Made by a program: the position numbers and the translations under genes
Shown here: positions 49,846 to 54,976 of the stretch, one piece after another
Position numbering within the stretch: the first letter of the stretch is position 1
How the letters are laid out: each line of letters starts with the position of its first letter
Origin: Pseudomonadota bacterium
GTDB lineage: Bacteria > Myxococcota > JACRCW01 > JAFGSX01
Direction of reading: 5' to 3'
Assembly (NCBI GenBank): GCA_043821645.1
Contig: JBDRCO010000005.1
Location: forward strand, 1-54,976
Length of the DNA stretch: 54,976 nt
The notes under the pieces: generated by a model
What the model was told of the DNA's origin: nothing
Databases searched by the model: none
Seen by the model: only the letters and a program-made list of their open reading frames with translations

Positions 49846-49981
49846 GGGGACTGGCACTTACTATTACATTTTATTGTGCTGCAATAACAATTAATTATGT
49901 TATTAATTGTATAGTGTAAAAGTGAGGCATGGACGTAGAAATCCACTGCGCAAGAAATAGTAATGGTAAGTGCCAGTCCCC
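49846..49981. mobile_element. 136-bp AT-rich MITE/REPIN-like element, copy 2
   Basis: Direct copy of 45615-45750 with two substitutions. An extra lone end GGGGTCTGGCACTTACTATTAC lies at 49789-49810. Confidence 0.75.
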
Positions 49982-50171
49982 CGGTCTCCTTCGGGCAGCA
50001 CCGCGTCCACCTCGGCGAGACCGATGTCCGTGCTGCCGTCGTCGCGGCCCGCGGGTGCTCCCGCGCACTCTCAACGCGCGTACGACAGCACCGTTGCTAG
50101 CGCGACCAGCCCAGCGCGCAGCTGGACACCTAGGCGATCGGACATGCGCAGGGCCTCCTCGACGGTGTATC

Positions 50172-50765
50172 TCATGTGCCCCCCGACGCGGCTGCCGGTG
50201 CACTGCCCTGCTGCAGGGTCTTCTGCAAGCGGTCGAGCAGGTAGCCCTTGGCGCGCAGGCGTTCGAGGATGCCCATGTAGACCGTGTCCTCGAGGGTCGG
50301 CGTGCGACTCAGGATCCACAGGTAGTCTCGACCAGGATGCCCGACCACGGCGTACTCGTAGTCGCCTCCCAAATCGATGATCCAGTAGTCACCCCAGAAG
50401 GGCCTGAAGAAGCTCACCTCGAGCTTGGCGCCGGTGCTGCTGTCGACGACGCGCGCGCGACCCTCGGCCGTATCCTCAGCTCCCTGCAGAGATCCCTTGC
50501 GACAGCGGTTGAGCACGTCGATCTCGCCGTCATCTCGAAGCGTGTAGGTGGCCGTGGTCGCGGTGCAGCCCTCCTGGAAGCGCTGCGGAAAGCTGGCGAT
50601 CTCGTACCAGGTGCCGGTGTAGCGGCTCAGCTCCACCTGCGCCACGGTCTCGAGCGGTGGCAGCTGCAGGCGCTCGGTGCTGCTCGTGGCACAGGCACCC
50701 ATCGCCCAGACCACGCAGCTGCACAACAACAAGGACTTGCACAACCTCGATCGCGGATGACTCAT
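50172..50765 (-). CDS. blc: Bacterial lipocalin (Blc-like lipoprotein)
   Basis: RYTGTWYEIA, AKLEVSFFRPFWGDYWII, DYEYAVVG, YLWILSRTP. Lipobox-like MGAC. Confidence 0.9.
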   Translation of the reverse strand: MSHPRSRLCKSLLLCSCVVWAMGACATSSTERLQLPPLETVAQVELSRYTGTWYEIASFPQRFQEGCTATTATYTLRDDGEIDVLNRCRKGSLQGAEDTAEGRARVVDSSTGAKLEVSFFRPFWGDYWIIDLGGDYEYAVVGHPGRDYLWILSRTPTLEDTVYMGILERLRAKGYLLDRLQKTLQQGSAPAAASGGT

Positions 50766-50785
50766 CACCAGCCTCCAGGGGACCG

Positions 50786-51730
50786 TCAGCTGCCGCCGCA
50801 GATCTGGGCCGCGCCGGGGTAGTTGAAACAGGTGGGATCGTGTAGCCACCACGCAGCCGCGAGCACGACGAGCACCACGACGACATAGACCCAGCTGTCG
50901 GGGCGCTCGAGTCGCAGCAACCGTTGCAGCGGCCAGGCGGATCGACCGAAGAAGCCGCGCGGAAAAGCATCGACGCCGGCGAAGCCGATGCGGGCAGGTG
51001 GGGTGTCAGGCAGCTTGGCGGTGCCGAAGATCCAGTCCCACAGGCTGAAGATGATGCCGAAGTTCACCGTGGTGGAGGCGGTCGACTCGAAGTCGTGGTG
51101 CCACAGGTGCATGCGGGGGCTGTTGAGCAGGTAGCGCAGCGGGCCGTAGCTGAGGTTGAGGTTGGCGTGGTTGAGGTGGCCGATGGCGGTGCCGAAGATG
51201 GCGTGGAACATGACCGCGCGCGGGTCGAATCCGAGGTAGGCGAGGGGGAGATACTGCACGGCGCGGTACAGGATCACCTCGGTCCACTGGAAGCGAAACG
51301 AGACGATCCAGTCCATCTCGCCGTCCACCACGCTGTGGTGGGTCTGGTGGAAGTGCCACAGGAAGCCGACCCGGTGCAGCAGGTTGTGCACGCACCACTG
51401 GATGAAGTCGATCGCGAGCAGGGCGACGACGATCTGCAGCCACAGCGGCCACCCGGCCGCGACCTTGCGGTAGAGCGCGTCGTGAAGTCCGAGCCGCAGC
51501 AGCCAGGCGTCGAAGGGCGGGGCCAGGAAGCGCAGCGACAGCCCATACACGATCACACCCAGGAAGTGGCCGTTGAAGACAAGGAAGAGCAGGTCGGACC
51601 ACAGGCTAGGACGCAGCTGTCGCTGCTGCCCGCGCCAGGGAACCAGACGCTCTGCCAGCGCCACAGCAGCGGAGATGATGGCGAGGGAGATAGGGTAGAG
51701 GTAGTCCATCGGGAGGATCGGTTCCTGCAC
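50786..51730 (-). CDS. Sterol desaturase / fatty acid hydroxylase superfamily membrane protein
   Basis: His boxes HNLLH, HQTHH, HLNH, HLWHH and NFGIIFSLWDWIFGT. Start is GTG 51730 or ATG 51709. Confidence 0.88.
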   Translation of the reverse strand: MQEPILPMDYLYPISLAIISAAVALAERLVPWRGQQRQLRPSLWSDLLFLVFNGHFLGVIVYGLSLRFLAPPFDAWLLRLGLHDALYRKVAAGWPLWLQIVVALLAIDFIQWCVHNLLHRVGFLWHFHQTHHSVVDGEMDWIVSFRFQWTEVILYRAVQYLPLAYLGFDPRAVMFHAIFGTAIGHLNHANLNLSYGPLRYLLNSPRMHLWHHDFESTASTTVNFGIIFSLWDWIFGTAKLPDTPPARIGFAGVDAFPRGFFGRSAWPLQRLLRLERPDSWVYVVVVLVVLAAAWWLHDPTCFNYPGAAQICGGS

Positions 51731-51731
51731 G

Positions 51732-51779
51732 TCACAGCACGTGCTGTGAAATTCGATATATCACGACAGCGCGCGCTGT
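51732..51779. promoter_or_regulatory. Double palindromic operator ACAGC-N4-GCTGT
   Basis: Perfect palindromes TCACAGCACGTGCTGTGA (51732-51749) and ACAGCGCGCGCTGT (51766-51779) flank an AT-rich spacer. Confidence 0.65.
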
Positions 51780-52018
51780 GAATCGCGCGAGCGCAGGAGC
51801 TCAGCTGCACCAGGGCCCAGCTCTGCACCTTGCGTCGCCGGTTGGTGAAGCCGACACACGTGCCCAATACCTCTCGCTGTAGCCGATTCGCACAGGAGCC
51901 AGGACGACACCAAGCTGTGGCCGATGCTGGGCCTGCCCTGGCTGGCGCTGGCCGTGCTGCAGCTCCCCGGCCCCTGGGCCCGCGGCGCCGCCCCCGGGCG
52001 CTCGCCGTCCTGGCGCGC

Positions 52019-52348
52019 CCGCGCAGTATCCCCTGGGCCGAGCTACTGCGCCGGGTGTTTCGCAGCGAGGTCGACAAGTGCGCCTGCAGCGGGCCCCGCC
52101 TCCTCGCGAAGCGGGAGCGGTGGGAGAAACATCGCGCTGGCCGGCTGCCGCGCAGCGGCTGCTGGCTCAAGCTGTTCGCGTTCGTGACCGACCCTGCCGA
52201 GGCCCGGCGCTGCTGTATCGTCCAAGGTCTTTCGGGAAGACCTTCGTCCGTCCGGCGCAGGTCCGGACGGACTTCATCCAACCAGCACCACGCCGGCTTG
52301 CCCGCCGAGACTCTGGCGATCGCCCCGGCGCGAGCACCTCCTCAAGCC
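52019..52348 (+). pseudogene. C-terminal remnant of an IS91-like (Y2) transposase with hairpin insertions
   Basis: PWAELLRRVF..VDKCAC.G / LKLFAFVTDP..ARR / GLP....IAPARAPPQ is the recognisable tail of this family. The catalytic part is absent. Confidence 0.7.
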
Positions 52349-52795
52349 GAGCCGGATGCCGAGCCGGGCATAGCCGGGGTGGTCGATCGCGAGACAGTTC
52401 ATGCTTCCAACGGCCACAATTCCCCAAAATGCTTGGGTATTTTGAGCCCAGCGGCTGATGCGTCCTGCAACAGACGATGCGGATTGCAGCAGGTGGTTCC
52501 GACAGGCTCTGTCCCCGGCCTCCGCGGGCTGGAGGGGGAATTCTGCCTGCCAGATCGCGGACGATGCGTCGCGGTGGCAAGGTGGCTGGATCCGGCGTGT
52601 GAGCCCGGGGGCGCGCCTCCGCGATCGGGGTTCCCTCAAGGCTGTTGCCGACTTCCGTGACGAACCTGCGGAAATGATCGCAAGCAAGATCTAAAAAATG
52701 GCAGGACACTGCCCCACTTCGCCAGCGTGGTTCGCTGCCCCTGCGCTCCAAGATCGCTGCTGCGTCGCTCACAGGGCAGGCGAGCCGGCTCAGGA

Positions 52796-53575
52796 TCAGC
52801 TCGCCGACCATCCGCCGTCGACGGCGAGGACCTGGCCGGTCAGGTAGCGCGCGGCGTCGCTGGCCAGAAACAGCGCGGCGCCCGAGATGTCGTCGGGTTG
52901 ACCGATGCGACCGAGCGGCGTGCGGTCGAGCACGATCTTGCGGATCTCGGGGCTATGGACCAGGGTGGAGGCGAGCCGGGTGTCGACCAGGCCAGGCGCG
53001 ATGGCGTTGACCCGTATGCCCTCGCCACCCAGCTCGATCGCCAGCGTCTGGGTCATCGAGATCATCGCCGCCTTGGTCATGGCGTAGATGCCCTGCAGCG
53101 GGCTGCCGCGCAGGCCGGCGATGCTGGAGATGTTGATGACGCTGCCGGGTGCCTTGCGCGCCATCAGGTGCTGCGCCAGCTCGCGGGTCAGCGCAAAGGC
53201 CCCTCTCAGGTTGACCTCGAAGATCTTGTCCCAGACCGGCCACTCGAGCCCCATCATGGGACCGAAGTGGAGGTTGGTGCCGGCGTTGTTGACCAGCACG
53301 TCGACCTGCCCGTAAGCGGTGATCGCGCGCTTCACCAGCTCCGGGATCTCGTCCAGCTTGCCGACGTGGCAGGCGTGCGCCACGGCCTGACCGCCAGCGG
53401 CCTCGATCTGTGCCACCACGGCCTGCAAGGGCTCGAGCTTGCGCGAGGCCAGCACCACCCGTGCGCCGTGCGCGGCGAAGCTCAGCGCGATGGCCTCACC
53501 GATGCCGCGGCTGGCGCCGGTGACGATGGCGACCTTGCCGTCCAGCCTGCAGTCTGTTGCCTGTGGCGTGCTCAT
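52796..53575 (-). CDS. Classical short-chain dehydrogenase/reductase
   Basis: TGASRGIG, LVNNAG, YAMTK, IRVNAIAPG, VDGG. RBS AGGAGG. Confidence 0.93.
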   Translation of the reverse strand: MSTPQATDCRLDGKVAIVTGASRGIGEAIALSFAAHGARVVLASRKLEPLQAVVAQIEAAGGQAVAHACHVGKLDEIPELVKRAITAYGQVDVLVNNAGTNLHFGPMMGLEWPVWDKIFEVNLRGAFALTRELAQHLMARKAPGSVINISSIAGLRGSPLQGIYAMTKAAMISMTQTLAIELGGEGIRVNAIAPGLVDTRLASTLVHSPEIRKIVLDRTPLGRIGQPDDISGAALFLASDAARYLTGQVLAVDGGWSAS

Positions 53576-53728
53576 CGGGACCTCCTGCGGCATGAGTGCC
53601 CGACATCCCATCAGACATCGGAGGTGGAGGGGAGGGGCAACGCTCCGGGCTCCCTTGACCTGGCGCAAAGTGGTGATGGATGGTGTGGCGATCGGCGTGT
53701 TGCGGGCCGATGAGGGGGTTGGAGTGCC

Positions 53729-54676
53729 ATGGTGGGATGCGCCATTCGCGAGCGCGACGTCGTCGTCAACGGGGTGCGGCTGCACCTCGCCGAGGCCGGT
53801 TCCGAGGGCGCGCCGCCGGTGGTGCTGGTGCCCGGTCAATCCATGCCGTGGCAGAGCTACCAGAAGGTCATCCCATGGCTCACCCCTCGCTTCCGGGTGC
53901 TGGCGATCGATGTCCGCGGCCATGGGCGGTCCGAGCACACGCCAGGCCAGTACACCCTGCGCACCTGCGGCGACGACCTGATCGCGCTGTTGCACGAGGT
54001 CGTGCAGGCCCCGGCCATCTGCTGCGGTAACTCCTCGGGTGGTCTGATCGCGATGGACGCGGCTGCGCGTGCCCCCGATCTGGTGTGCGGTCTGCTGATG
54101 GAGGACCCACCTCTGTTCAGCGCCGAGTGGCCGCGCATGCGCGACGATACCTGGGTCTGGCAGTTCTTCGGCCATGTCGTCGAGACCATGCCCGACCTGG
54201 CGGGTTTCTTCTCGACCTTGCGGGTCCCGACTCGACCCGGCAAGGAGCTCATGCACTTTCCCCGTCCGCTGGCCTGGGTGCTGGGCGGCGCCATCCGTCG
54301 GCGGCAGCGGCGCCACCCAGGGCGGCCTGTCGACATCGCCTGGCTGCCCCTGCACGTGCGCTTGTTCGTGCGTGGGCTGTCCGAGTACGACGTGGACTTC
54401 ACGCGCGCCTGCGTCGACGGACGCCTGTGCGACCTGGATCACGAGGCCGCGCTGGCGGCCCTGCAATGCTCAAGCCTGCTGGTTCAGGCGGCGTCTTTCC
54501 GAGATGAGAAGCTGGGTCTGGTGGGCGCGATGGATGACGACGACGTGGCCCGGGCCCGGCGGGTGCTGCCAACGCTGCAGGTGGAGCGGCTCAACACGCC
54601 GCACGTCGTGCACATCGCGCGGCCGCGCACTTACGTACGTTGGGTCGAGCGGCTCCATGTGGGAATGCGCGCCTGA
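53729..54676 (+). CDS. Alpha/beta hydrolase
   Basis: VVLVPG, IDVRGHGRS, nucleophile elbow GNSSGG, EDPP, C-terminal PHVVH. Confidence 0.88.
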   Translation: MVGCAIRERDVVVNGVRLHLAEAGSEGAPPVVLVPGQSMPWQSYQKVIPWLTPRFRVLAIDVRGHGRSEHTPGQYTLRTCGDDLIALLHEVVQAPAICCGNSSGGLIAMDAAARAPDLVCGLLMEDPPLFSAEWPRMRDDTWVWQFFGHVVETMPDLAGFFSTLRVPTRPGKELMHFPRPLAWVLGGAIRRRQRRHPGRPVDIAWLPLHVRLFVRGLSEYDVDFTRACVDGRLCDLDHEAALAALQCSSLLVQAASFRDEKLGLVGAMDDDDVARARRVLPTLQVERLNTPHVVHIARPRTYVRWVERLHVGMRA

Positions 54677-54724
54677 GGCCTTTCCGCCGTGGAACGCCCC
54701 CAAAAAAGGGGTCCCAAAAAAAGG

Positions 54725-54976
54725 TGCCTGATGGAGTAAAGCGGCCGGCTCCAATCCGACGCTATCGTGGTTGTGGGAAACAGCCCGTAGCAACGTGCTC
54801 GAGGCACAGCGGAAAGGAGCCGACCGTGAACTATTGTGGACTGGACATGGGCAAGAGGTCGAGTCACTTCTGTATCGTCGACGAGAAGCGCGAGATCCAG
54901 CGCGAGGGAAAGGTCAGCAACAAGCCGAGCGCACTGAAGAAGGTGTTCGGCAAGCGCGATCGCATGCGCATCGTCG
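54725..54976 (+). mobile_element. Left part of an IS110/IS1111-type element (left boundary approximate)
   Basis: About 100 nt of non-coding leader precedes the transposase. Inverted repeat 54743-54752 / 54816-54825 covers the RBS. Confidence 0.6.
54826..54976 (+). CDS. IS110-family transposase/recombinase, 3'-truncated by window edge
   Basis: Manual translation MNYCGLDMGKRSSHFCIVDEKREIQREGKVSNKPSALKKVFGKRDRMRIV fits the DEDD N-terminus (GxD.K). RBS AAGGAG. Confidence 0.85.
   Translation, partial: MNYCGLDMGKRSSHFCIVDEKREIQREGKVSNKPSALKKVFGKRDRMRIV

Noticed and set aside
51830-52660. 276-aa ORF as an intact gene
   Set aside because: Only fragments resemble a transposase tail. No RBS or catalytic domain is present, so it is treated as a remnant.

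Overview
GC-rich bacterial DNA; the Asp/Ala-rich and Cys-rich secreted proteins suggest Myxococcota/deltaproteobacteria (inference). Four zones. (1) 1-18.3 kb: one co-directional, largely translationally coupled purine+pyrimidine biosynthesis superoperon (purM-L-Q-H-[C:E fusion]-B-D-N-F-pyrC-E-F-B-I-D-K). It contains a PurC + class II PurE fusion with the domain order of animal PAICS, and no purK is present in the window. (2) A fold-type II PLP enzyme (18.5-20 kb) and a YgeW knotted carbamoyltransferase (38.9-40 kb) bracket an ~19 kb envelope/stress block: cyclic beta-1,2-glucan synthase, cardiolipin synthase, degenerate pirin, PRC-barrel, DUF302, YbhP-like EEP, small proteins, an RpoH-like sigma factor and a divergent XylR-type V4R sigma54 activator. 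A regulon is readable from the DNA: eight GG-N10-GC sigma54-type promoters and five tandem pairs (21-22 bp apart) plus one single copy of a CATCA-N3-TGATG palindrome, extending to a BON/ice-binding gene pair at 46-49 kb. (3) 40-50 kb: secreted and lipoprotein genes, REP-like hairpins, and two near-identical AT-rich 136-bp elements with terminal inverted repeats. (4) 50-55 kb: desaturase-lipocalin operon with a double operator, an IS91-like remnant, an SDR, a hydrolase and the start of an IS110-family element. No rRNA, tRNA or CRISPR array was seen. All family calls come from motif recognition by eye, not database searches.
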